Origin: Takakia lepidozioides
Lineage: Eukaryota; Plantae; Bryophyta
Assembly (NCBI GenBank): GCA_030704615.1
Contig: CM060731.1
Location: forward strand, 29,202,001-29,266,000
Length of the DNA: 64,000 nucleotides
Reading direction: 5' to 3'
Shown here in pieces: positions 36,557 through 49,220 of this stretch. Made by a program: the position numbers and the translations under genes. A model generated the notes under the pieces. The model was not told the origin of the DNA, ran no database searches, and saw only the letters and a program-made list of their open reading frames with translations. Within the stretch, counting starts at the first letter, position 1. Each line of letters opens with the position of its first letter.

Positions 36557-37849
36557 GGGATGACTTCTTGGATTGAGAAAATTTAAGAGATCCTTTTAGT
36601 CTGGTTCGCAACGCCTTGTTTTCTGACCTGAAAACTGGTTAGATAGGGACACAGTAGTTGGCAGATTTGTGACAGCGACATGGCTGCAGCTTATTGACTT
36701 TGTCCATGATGAGGTTGCTGTGTAGCTTGGGTTGCTTGGCTGACTCAAGCCAGGGAACACACATAAGTCTTTGACCGGACTAACAGGTTGTCGACAAAAG
36801 CTTCTATCTGAATCTCTTTAGCTATACCAATTGGTGCTGCAGCCTGAAATTTTGATATGAGTAGACAAGGAAGCTGAAAGAGTTAGATCACACATGACAC
36901 CATACTTATCAGATATGCTGCACATGAGTACCCTTTAGAATGTGCGATTCCCACAGGGAACACTTGACCATTTATCATGTTGTTTTATATGTGAGGGTTT
37001 TAGTGGGGATCTCTCCCCGTGTTTAGGAGTGTGGGGCCATGGATTCCATCTTGATTATTCTATCATTATGGATGAGTGACAAGCCCTGGGTTGGTACTCA
37101 GGGTTTTAACTAAATTAGGAGTATCTTATCCTAACAGCTAGTCTAGGAGTAGATTTAGGCTGAGTTGGCGGCTTAGGTGTGAAGGACCCGGGCCGCAATC
37201 TGGTGTTCCAGGTGTTCCAGTTTTGATATGCCTTGTGACATACATGCTTAGGGTAGGACCTTATTTATTTTGGGGGCTTGGGCTCTCGTGGGTGGTTATC
37301 TTCTGACTAAAATTGTGTACAGTGTGCGTTCGTGGATGATGCATTGCCCACATTAATTCTGTGGTGTATCAAATAGGATCTTGTCAATCTTCTGGCAAAT
37401 CATTCCCGGTCTTCTCTGCGAGCAACATTCTATCTGAACTTCCCCAAGAAGACCTACCACAGAGGAGTAGAAAGTATCCAAAGGATGGAAACGTTAGTGA
37501 AGAAAACAGGCAGGATGTCTAGTGTTCTTCTTGGATGAAACAGGGAGGTAGTTTTTCAGTGCCCACTAAGATAGTGATTTTACAGAAAGTGTGCAAAGCT
37601 ATTACAGTCCTATCATCCTACCCATGGAGAATTACCCCACACATCGTTGCTCTGAATACAATACCAGGCTATACAGATTTTCCGATAACCCATAATGATA
37701 GGTAATGACACACACACATGGCTAAATCTATTTCCCGGATTGGTCGTGATGCATGATATTACCACAGCAATCAGACTCAAGGCACACAGCAAAAAAAAAG
37801 AAAAAAAGGGCACACAAGGCCTTACTACATCAAGGCTCAAGGCACTGGA

Positions 37850-40010
37850 TGCACACATGCAACGATTGATCCATTGCTTCTTCATTATGTGCTATTAACT
37901 CCATAGAGTACCCAAATGCTGGAAAAGTAGTCGCACAATACTCAAATACAAAAAAGATGACCCTACCGACCTATAGCTCTTGTCAATACCCTTTATAAAC
38001 TATTTACAGGCACTCTGACCACCCTCCTCACGTCGTTTGGAGAACAACACCATATCCTTAGTGACTCGCAAAAAAATTTAGAATTGTCAGAATCACAACT
38101 CATTATTTCAGCCCTAGAAAATGCACATTTTACCCATCAAGACATATACTTACTGTACATTGATATTAAGAATGCATTTGCTCAATTGATCACGCCCATC
38201 TGCTAGCCATCATGGCTTACCTTGGATACCCGCAAGATGCAATCATGCTTATTCGCAATATCTACACCGAAGCCACCACCACATACTCGGGGCCTTCTTT
38301 TGGTGATACATCACCGTGGGTGTTTAGTTGTGCTTGCCATTGTCTCTGCTGGGTTCTTGTTAGGTATCCACCGTTGATTTTCAACCGTTCAATTTGTGGT
38401 AGCTCAGGGGTCTTTGTAAGTGTATGTAATGTGCATTCTGTAGTTTGAGTAGAGATTTGTTCCTATTTGGAGCTTGTTTCCTCCCAAATTTGAAGGGGGG
38501 GGTGAGTATCGATGTAATAATGTTTCAAAGTAGGGGTCTTGTGTGTAATGATTGGGCCATTTAAAACTGGACCTATGGATATTATGTGCTCATGAATGTG
38601 GAGGATGACACGGTAGTGGTCAAATTATAAATGGGATCATAGAAGATTGTGCCAATGAGTTGTGTGGAGTTGTTCCATGTAGTTTAAAATAATATCCATC
38701 AATGAGGCTATGCGAGGTATATTTTAGTTGCCCCTTGCCTAAAGAAAGCTTGGAATCCAAGGGTTTGAGCAAACGTGGTCCATTCAAGGTCTTTGAGACA
38801 GGGGGGAATGTACGAATGTACACCGTTATGTAATTTGCTAGCATAATAAGGTCTCTATTGAAGTCACATGCAAGGAGGATTGCAGATTGAGGAGTTGAGT
38901 GGGTTGTTAGCGCAATTTGTCGCAGGATATTGGAGGTAAGTGTTCTATTGGCTGGGTATGAAGGCAAGAAGTTTTGGGTTGGCCAGATCATGGGAATTTC
39001 AACAATTTGGAGGTGAGTTTTTGAGGCGTATGGGTATGAGAACATTGGTGATAGTTACTTAGTGAATTACATAGATGTGTGTATACCAATTGACGCCCCC
39101 ACGGGCTGGCTGGTATGTTAGCGAGAAGCGTCTATTGTATTTTCCTTGGTGATGGGTACTTCCATAGACGATGTGGTGGTTATGCAGGATTTTGTTGGAA
39201 TGTGTGTTGGGGGAGTGTGGGTGGAGTTACCTATTTATTCTATGTGGCCCTTGTTGACAATTTTGAGCAAAAACAAAAAACAAAAAAAAACAAAAAAAAA
39301 ACACTAATTGAAACATAAAAACCATACGATTTTTCGGATGACCCCATACACATCGCTCATACTCGCCCCTTTTGGCTAATCCACCCAGTCCTTGACCCCC
39401 CAGAGCCCAAAGCCCATCCGAAATCTTCTGACCACCCTGACTAAAGAAGCCAATAAACAGGCCTCTACCTCTCTCAGCCACACCAAACTGCATATCCAAA
39501 AATGGACCCTCTCTGATGTACCCCACCACAAACTCTCCAACCATTTCTGGCACACCAGAGCTGCATCAGACGCACAAATCCGACAAACCCCTAAATTCCG
39601 ATATGCCCAACGCAAACACACCTTCTGCCCAACCACATACCCCTCACCAAACTGCCCTCTGTGCTCCCACATCCACGCCACGCGTGATACCTGGCTCCAC
39701 CTTCTTAGCGAATGCCCTCACCCAGTCATCCACGAGCTTCGTATTGCACGACACAACCACGTTGTACGACACATCCACAAACTCCTATTACGACGTAATG
39801 AAACTCGATGGTTCTCCCTCATCAATGCGGGCATCTACCAAGGTCGCCCCCAGACCATACGGTACCTACGTGGCTTCTCCCCTATATATGCCGCCCCCAC
39901 ACATCATGTACATGCCATTCCCGCCTCTGTCCAGATATCCTCGTCGTCCAGGGGCTCCCCATCTGTACCCCACCACCCTCTGCCCCGTCCCCCGCCCTTA
40001 CCAGTATACA
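37850..40010. mobile_element. Rearranged remnants of a Dualen/RandI-like LINE (APE + RT + CCHC/RLE)
   Basis: + strand 37850-38315 RT fragment (WKSSRTIL, RPIALVNT, DIYLLYIDIKNAF, LGYPQDA); - strand ~38620-39130 APE-like (CDFNRD, SLIDGYY); + strand 39390-40010 CPLC...HLLSEC...RHNHVV...PDILVV (RLE-type C-terminus). Confidence 0.65.
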
Positions 40011-41879
40011 TATAATCATTTTACATGTGATCGGCTAGAATGAAACTTACACTCACTCCTAACTTTCACTCTAAGGTCATAGAGAGTACACTCAAGTGTG
40101 AGGTCATAGAGATCCCACTCCCACAAACGATAGATCTGCAAACGCGCAAGGTAAGGAATTGGAGCAAGGCGTTCACCAATTTAACCCTTAAACTACCATC
40201 TATTTTTTGGTGGGCCCACTAAAAAAGAGTGCATACCTTTATGGATGAGGGTGTAACTTTGAACCCCAATCATCCATGGGGATGAACTTATACATATGTG
40301 CATATCTAATACATCCACGTCCTGTCAAAAGTATAGGCAAATTTGACCATTGCATTTTATAACAAAAAATCTTCCCCAATTTGTGAATGTATTCAAAAAT
40401 TGCATGGAAAAAATGGTTAGACCAAAGAATTCAAGTATCGACTTGAATTTTCCCGGACATAGGCCCTCCATAATTTGACTAAATGGCCCCCACCGAGATT
40501 CCAAAATTGAGATAGGCTGTTTTGTATGTGAAATCCGGAGGGAAAAATTGTTATGTTTTGGCTTCTTTCCCAAGTACACTCATGAGGTGATATTTTCTTT
40601 CTAATTCCTTCAGTAAGGAAGTGCACAATAATATTTCATAGTGCATTGTCCAAAAATTTTGGCATTATGATACATTTTTCAGGCCTTTAGATAGCTAGAT
40701 GTTGCCTACAAGATTGCCCATTTGGCCCACCACATGGGCAGGTCAACGGTGCTCAACACTGGATTTCCTGACCCTTGGCACTTAATAACAATATATGACG
40801 CCAACCGAAGTTAGCGTAAATAAGAGCCACTTTCCCTTGCGGGTACTTCCCCCTTTCGGCACTTTACAATATTCTAGGGAGCAGAGTTTATTATTATTTT
40901 AGGGTGTGTAAATTCCCACATGTGCTCTTGTACAAATTATCTTCAAGATTCACTTCCATCCACTATCATCCATGAAAGTTGGATCGTGGCAAAAATCTGA
41001 CACGCCCCTACTAAAAATGATAAGGGCCGAAAATTGGTGAATGCCTATTCTCCGATTCTTTAGTGAGCGTAACAAAAATTCAAAACGATCTGGCAAGCTC
41101 CTCGCCAGCTTGGGGCGGGTGTTCCTTGTTATAACGCACTGGGCCTGCTTACACGTTAAGATTACATCTTAGAGCATCCCCAAGAAAGAGAAGACTCCGG
41201 CCAAAGCCGCCGTAACTAAGAGCCACTTCGCCTTGCGGCTACTACCCCCTTTCGGGAGTGGGCCCTATAAGAGCATCCCCACTCTACACCTCTATGGAAC
41301 CTGCAACCCGTACTTCTCGTATACAGGTTTAGATTTGCCTCCAAACGTACCACACCCTTGCTCCCCTACCGTATACGCCGTAAAGGGCGGACACTAAACC
41401 GCCTCTCTTTCACTGAATCCATGCACGATATTCAGCCTCCTGAACCCGTTACTAAACCCAGTCGTCCCAACTAAGGATATGTCAGAGCGCGAGTGAGAAC
41501 GTATGAGAACGTGCTTACATGTCTGAGTAGGAAGTTAAGTTGTTTGGTGAAAGGTACCGATGTGCCCAATTTGTGAGGCATCCATTTCTGATGAGTTAGC
41601 GGTTTTTCTCCAAAGGCCTTTTTGTGAGCAATAAAAAACACTATTGTATCTCTTTTTGCGGAAGATAATAGGAATAATGTAAGAACTTAATGCAAGCGCG
41701 TCAGGACGGTCCAACCCTGACACCTGTACCGCCGGTTCTTCGCCTCCGGCAGACATCAAAAGGAAGCCGGCTGGGCTCGGTCAATCCCTCCCCACCCCCA
41801 CCCTCATCCCATCGGCGTCGTCGCCCCCTGCATCGTCGTTCTGCGACACCAGTCCGCCGCTTCCAGCAGTCCGCAAGTT

Positions 41880-44225
41880 CCCTGTAACCCCCGCCCCGGG
41901 TTCAACATCACCCCATGTAACCCTCTGTAACTCCGCCGAGGTAACCCACACCACCATGTAACCCTCTGTAACCCATGTACCCTCTATAACACCGAAAGAG
42001 TGTCACCCCCACCCCTATGTAACCCTCACTACATGTAACCCTCTATAACACTTTGCAACCCATGTAACCCTCTGTAACCCATGTAACCCTCTGAAACACC
42101 GCAGAGTGTAACCCTCACTCCATGTAAACCTCTGTAACCTTGTAACCCATGTAATCCTCTATGACCCTCGTAACCCATGTAACCCTCTGTGACCTTTGTA
42201 ACCCCACCACCATATAACCCTCTGTAACACCGCAGAGTGTCACCCTCACCCGTATGTAACCCTCTCTGACCCTCTGTAAAAACCCTCACCACCATGTAAC
42301 CCTCTGTTAACCCAGTAACCCTCTGTGACCTCTAATCCCTCACCAGGTAACCTCTTACCACCATGTAACCCTCTGTAACACTGCAGAGTGTAACCCTCGC
42401 CACCATGTAACCCTGCCGTAACCCTCACAAACCCTCTGTAGACCGCAGAGTGTCACCCTCATCCCATATCACCCTCGCTCCATGTAACCCTCCCAAAAAC
42501 CCTCTGTGGCTCTGTAACCATGTCACCCTTGTAACACCCCAGAGTGTCGCCCTCACCCCTTATGTACCCTCACTCCATGTAACCCTCTGTAACCCATGTA
42601 ACCGTCTATGACCCTTTGTAACCCTCACCACCATGTAACCCTCTGTAACAACGCCAGAGTGTCACCCTCACCCGTATGTAACCCCACTCCATGAACCCTC
42701 TATGACCCTCTGTAACCCTCACCACCATGTAACCCCTGTGGACCCTCTATATCCCTCACCAGGTGTAACCCTTTACCACCATGTAACCCTCTGTAACCCT
42801 CACAAAACCCTCTATAAACCGCAGAGTGTCACCCCATCCATGTAACCCTCACTCCATGTAACCCTACAACTCTGTGGCTTTGTAACCCATGTAACCCTCA
42901 CCACCATGTAACCCTCTGTAACACGCAGAGTGTCACCCTCACCCCTATGTAACCCTTATTCCATGTAACCCTCTCTGACCCTCTGTAACCCTCACCACCA
43001 TGTAACCCTCTGTAACCATGTAACCCTAGTGACCCTCTATATCCCTCACCAGGTGTAACCCTTACCCCATGTAACCCTCTGTAACACCGCAGAGTGTCAC
43101 CCTCGCCAATGTAAACCCTCCGTAACCCTCACAAACTTTGTGACACCGCAAGATGTAACCCTATACCCCATGTAACCCTCACAAACCCTTGTGGCTCTGT
43201 AACCATGTAACCCTCTGTAACACCGCGGAGGTCACCCTCACCCCTTATGTAACCCTCACTCAATGTAACCCCCAAACCCAACCCCATAAACCTTTGAACC
43301 CATGTAACCCTCTGTGACCCTTTGTAACCCTCACCACCATGTAACCCTCTGTAACACCGCAGAATGTCACCCTCACCCTATGTAACCCTCACACCATGTA
43401 ACCCTCTCTGACCCTCTGTAACCCTCTGTAACCATGTAACCCTCTGTGACCCTTATATCCCTCACCAGGTGTAACCCTTACCACCATGTAACCCTCTGTA
43501 ACACCGCAGAGTGTCACCCTCGCCACCATGTAACCCTCACTCCATGTAACCCTCTGTGACCCTCCGTGGCTCTGTAACCCATGTAATCCTCTGTAACACC
43601 GTAGAGTGTCACCCTCACCCCTTATGTAACCTCACCCATGTAACCCTCTGTAACCCATGTAACCCTCTGTAACCATGTAACCCTCTGTGACCCTTTGTAA
43701 CCCTCACCACCATGTAACCTCTGTAACACCGCAGAATGTCACCCTCACCCCTATGTAATCCTCACTCCATGTAACCCTCTCTGACCCTCTGTAACTCTCT
43801 GTAACCCATGTAACCCTCTGTGACCCTCTATATCCCTCACTAGGTGTAACCCTTACCACCATGTAACCCTCTGTAACACCGCAGAGTGTCACCCCCATCC
43901 CTATGCATCCCTCACTCCTTGTAACCCATGTAATCCTCTGTGACCCTGCGTAACCCGTGTAACCCTCTGTGACCCTGTGTAACCCATGTTACCCATGTAA
44001 CCCTCTGTGACCCTCTATAACCCTCACCCAGGTGTAACCTTCACCACCATGTAACCCTCAGTAACCCTCTCTGTAACACCGTAGAGTGTCACCCTCACCC
44101 CTGTGTAACCTCACTCCATGTAACCCTCTGTGACCCTCTGTGACTCTCTGTAACCCTCACCAGGTGTAACCCTCACTAGTGTAACCCTCACCCCATGTAA
44201 CCCCCGATTGTGTCACTCATAGCTC
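41880..44225 (+). repeat. Left subterminal array of TGTAACCC-based repeats
   Basis: ~2.3 kb of reiterated ccatgtaaccctc(tg), gtaacaccgcagagtgtcaccctcac and variants. Confidence 0.95.
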
Positions 44226-44499
44226 GTGTCACCCGGATCCTTTATCCCCAACGCATGTCACCCCTGTTCGTGTAGCCCCTTAGTGCCCGGCAAAAATTGG
44301 CGGGCTCCAAGAGGTGTCAGATATTTTGAATTCAAACCTGGGTTACACGATTCGGTGACATCAAAACCCACGTGTAACTCCATCATCGCTCGTCATTTTC
44401 ACCAGGTGCGTAGACGACGTGCAGTCCCGAGGGCTCCGCTGCGTTGCCCGCGTGTGTTATGCGATTTGTACTGTACTGGTGGTACTGTTGCTGCTAATG

Positions 44500-47400
44500 G
44501 CATGTGCTGCCGAAGGTGCTAGACGAGGAACGCAAAGCAGCATTGGAATCAAATGGTTTGAAAGATGAGGCGGGAGAACTCTGTCATTTGCAGCATTTGG
44601 TATCTCATTTGAAATGCATCCTACAGCTGCCCCATAGACGGGCTTTTCAATCACACAAACCTCCGTTGGATACGCCAGGTTTCCCAGGGAAAAGGGAAAC
44701 GGATATCCATCGAAGTAGCTGTCGTTCCATGGTCTCGCATTCCTGATTTTCTGGAGGGAGAAAGGAGTAGAGTGGATGGGAAGACCCAATTTTATGTTCA
44801 AGATCGAAGGTACCGTGAGTTGCCAGATTTGACAACACCGCGTGCAAACAGTTATCGTCAGTGGCATAAGTAAGTCACTTATGAGGGTTGTATAACATTC
44901 CCAGCCCCACTTCTTTCTGCTAGCCTAGCAAAGTCGTATATGGCGATAACCCTCCTCGCTTTATATGCTTTTTTTGCAGGTACCACTGCTGCTACGGCCC
45001 GATAGATAGGCGCACGGACCCGCCGATTGTGAAGAAGAAAGAAAAACCGATAGCAGCCTCCGATAATCAAAACCAGTCAAGCGAATCAGACGTAAGGCAG
45101 CGGATTTCGGAGAGTCATACAAACGTGGGTGTACGTGTAGCTTCAAAGTTGGCCAGTGTTTTCTAGATTCAGAGTTGGCAATCATCACATACTTCCAGAA
45201 ACAGCATGTGGATGCAAAAGGAAAGCCATGTCATGGTTCAGCTGACCCCTCTTCCCATTTCTCGCGATTCGTGCATGCCCCTCGTCTCAGCCAAGATATG
45301 AAACAGTGATCGTCGATAGTCTCGCAGTGGCCTATCTCCAGCTATGATTATGACACAACACACTCAACAACTCCAGGAAGCTTGTGCGTCTCAGCCAGGC
45401 ATGGAGTGGAGTCGCGATTGTTTCTTGTTCGAGTACGACGTGAGAAACATTGCCGACAAGCTTGCGATTGAGAGTTACAAAAAACATCCAGATGATGCAC
45501 AAAGTGTACGTATGTGGGTCATAGCAATCCTGAAAGCGTCTTCTTCTACCATGAAGAGACAGCGCCAGTGGCGGGTGATTTGAAGTTCGTAATTGGAATA
45601 CAAACGGAGTGGCAAAAACAGAAAATGATCGACTGGGACACAACCGTGTGGTATCCTGCGATGCAACATTTGGGACCAACGAAAATAAGGTATTCGTGTC
45701 ACGCTTTACCTTTCATTGCATTCTGAAATGTGAGTGCCATGCAACTGTTGCCAATATTTAACACTCACCTTATTCATTTTTGTACCATTGCGACATTGCA
45801 GTTCCCAATGTATACCATGATGGTGTTCGACGAATGGCTCAACGGCATACCTGTTGCTTATATTATATCAGCGAGAAACAAAACGACTGACTGAGCCCCT
45901 GGATGAAACGTCTTCGCGACCGACTTCTTCAGCAAACCAGATTGGAGGCCAAATGCTTTTTGTTGTCGACGATGCAGACGCAGAAATCAATGCTATCAGG
46001 TACACGGCTAGAAGTTACAATGTTCTGAGTCACACTACACACTACAAGTTGCATGCACGAGGGGTTTCATGGATCGGGCTACTGCTGCTAGTTACACTGA
46101 GAATCACAGTAAGAGTTAAACTGCCAGTTACACGAGGGGGTGCATTGCTGCCTGTAACACTTGGAGTTACACTGTCAGTTGCTTGAGGGGTTACATGGAT
46201 TGGGTTGCAGTGCTGTCTGTTACACTGAGGGTTACACTATCAGTTAGACAGATGGTTATACTGAGTTGGACGGAGGGTTACACTGCTGTGTGAGTTAGAC
46301 CGAGGGTTACACTGCTATGAGGTAGACAGAGGGTTACACTGCGAGTTACACTGGGAGTTACACGGCGTGTCATCCGCAGTCCTACATGGATTAGGTTGCA
46401 CTGCTATAGCATGTGAGTTACACTGGGAGCATCGCAGAGGGTTGTATGGGTTGGGTCGCTCTGAGAGTTACACGGTGTAACATGGATTGCGTTACAGCGC
46501 TGCGAGGGTTTATATGTGTTGGGTTACACTGCTGTGAGTTTCACTGATAGTTACATGACCAGATGCACGAGGGGTTACATGAGTCACACTACTAAGAGTG
46601 ACACTTTGAAGAGTTACACTTCTACGAGTTACACTGCGAAGAGTTCCTCTGATAAGAGTTACACTGACAAGAGTTACACTGATGGATTGGGTGGCATTTG
46701 ATGTGTGCGTGCAGGGAATCGTTTGGGGACGTAGCATATTTCTATGCCTTTGGCATGTTCGCCGCGCGCTTGGCTGAAACATTCGTGGCGTAAGATGCCC
46801 GATCCATACACTCACTCGCAATGCTGTTTTGAAACAGCTTGGCGACGTAATGTACGGCATTAACGCCTGTGTGGGAGTCACCCCAGAAGAGTGGGCGCTG
46901 GAGCGACTGGAAGATTTGAATTATTCCTATCCGCTTGCGCGTGACTTCCTACGTTACATCAGAATGGAATGGGTCCCAAAACTGAGCATGTGGATCACGG
47001 GGGCTCGTTATATTCCCCACGCAAGTCAGGATACTAATGCCGCAATTGAATCTTGGCACGGAATTTGAAGGCTCGTTTACGCTCGGGAAAGCAAAGGCTT
47101 GATGGCAGGAGAATCGATTGGCTGATCAGCGAACTCGTGGGTCCTGTTCTAACCCACTATTGGTATAGAGATAACTTGAAATCGAAAGGCTTCAAAAGGA
47201 ATGTACGACAGGAGGAATTTATCAGTAATGTGTTTGGACTGCAAGGGAGATCCCTGATGTCAATGTTCATTTGCCCACTGTTCCTGGTCATCCGGCGATT
47301 GTGGATAGTGTTCAAACGGCCGGTCGAAGCTACACAATCTATGCACCTGCGACCACCTGGGCTTGTTGCGATTGTCCATGGGCTTTGAAGGGTAACTTGT

Positions 47401-47864
47401 GCAAACATCAAATCCGCGTTCTTCAATTGATGAAGCCAAATCTGAAGGAAGGGCTTATTGTGAAGCTCTGTGGCACAAAGCTCGGGACCATTCATGGAGG
47501 TCTTCACATGTTGATGAAATCGGAACTTCCAGATATTGATGCAGAGGAGGAAGTTGTGAATCTAGCAGAGCCTACGGAGTGCTCAGCATCATCCCGCGTG
47601 GTCGGCAGGAGCCATCGGATGTTTCATCAATTGAATCTGAGATGAAGTCCCTGTCGCTTCTTGGCAATGAGAGTGAAACAATGCGCAAACATTTGCTTGC
47701 CGAGCTTCGTTTGTGTTCGTGGGAGGCTGTCCACTTTACAAGTTAGAATCGACAAAGGTCTGTTGCACCCTCTTCAAGCAGTTCCATTCATAAAAAATGA
47801 TGATGGAAACAACATGTCCCTTGCCAGGAAAGTAGATTTTGTAGACCGGTTCCGTAGTAAGTGA
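44500..47864 (+). pseudogene. MULE transposase with SWIM zinc finger (spliced, multiple frameshifts)
   Basis: KRGCTCSF, HVDAKGKPCHG, FVIGIQTEWQ, D1 (CDATFG), D2 (VVDDADAE), LCLWHVRR, E (TNAAIESWHG) and SWIM CDCPWALKGNLCKH. Introns at ~45690-45800 and ~46000-46713. Confidence 0.85.
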
Positions 47865-49220
47865 CCATTGAGTCCATTGGCAATGACACTTATTTTGTGA
47901 TCACCAAGTTTAATATGAAGTACATGTCTGTTCATGGGTTGTTATTCACTTTGCCATTCCATCCACATTCAACCTATGTAACCCACTCAATGGGACACCC
48001 ATGGGCGGGGTGACACACCCAGGGTTACACTGTCTGGGGTTTCATAACGTAACATAGCTCTACTTAGTGTAACTCGCATCTGTGGTACTCCACACAGTGT
48101 AACACAGATGAGTGTGAACCTCTTCAGTGTAACTCATTGTGGTGTAACTCCAAGTGTAACTGCAATGTAACTATCAACAGTGTAACCCAGTATGTAACCC
48201 CATAGAATATTGCTGTCAGTGGTGTAACTCTGAGAATTATAATGATGACTACAATGTGACTACAGGGTCTGGGTTAGTCTGCCGGGGTTACATGACCCTT
48301 CAATACAGAGTGGGAAGATGTGAAGTCGAGCACCTTTAGTCACCAACACTAGCCCCTGTATGTGTAACCCCTCTATGTGTAACCCAATTTGTGTGTAACC
48401 CATGGACGTGTAATCCATGAGATAGATAATCATTCCGTTCAACCTATGTTATGGACCAGTGTAGCCCTCCGGAGTGTAACTTGTTGTTGTGTAACCCCAA
48501 GAAGTATGTATCCCGACCACATGTAACCCCCATTGATGTCACCCCATCGCATGTAACCCATTGTACAATTTGGGGTGCACGCTATAAACCCCGATGCTAC
48601 ATCACCCCATCTTATGTATCCCCACGACACGTAGCCCTTGTATAGGCAACCCTGCCCACTTTCATTGTGCACAGTGTAACTTAGAACTGTGTAACCCTTT
48701 GAGTGAGTGTAACCCAGAGTGTTGTAACTCCAAGAAGTATGTAGCCCGACCAGATGTTACCCCCACACTATTGTGACCCCATCGTATGTAACCCATTGTA
48801 CATAGCCCTCATGTATGTAACCCCATGTAGTATAAATCTGAGAACTTCAGTGCGAAAAAAATAAAAAATAAAACAAATGCGCATAGTCGAGGTGGGGTTA
48901 CATGCCACGAAAGTATACTGTTTCAGCAACGTGACCCTGACATAGCCAGGAAGGCCCAACCATGTAACCCTTGTATGTAACCCATAAGTGTAACCCCACG
49001 TTGTGAGACCCGGCATGGTGTAACCCATCACTTATGTGTGAACCCACAGAGTGTAAGCCCATTGCCCCAGGGCCCAAAGGTGTACCCAAGTACTTGTCTA
49101 TGATTCCACTTCATGTAACCTTATAAGGTGTAACCCCATGTAAGCCCATTGCATGAAACCCAAACTGTGAAGTGTTACGAACAAACCACATAGAAGCAAA
49201 AATGCATCAAGAGACGCTAT

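Noticed and set aside
41880-44225. Interstitial telomere
   Set aside because: Not TTTAGGG/TTAGGG tandem repeats; the motif is embedded in complex units bounded by MULE TIRs and a TSD.
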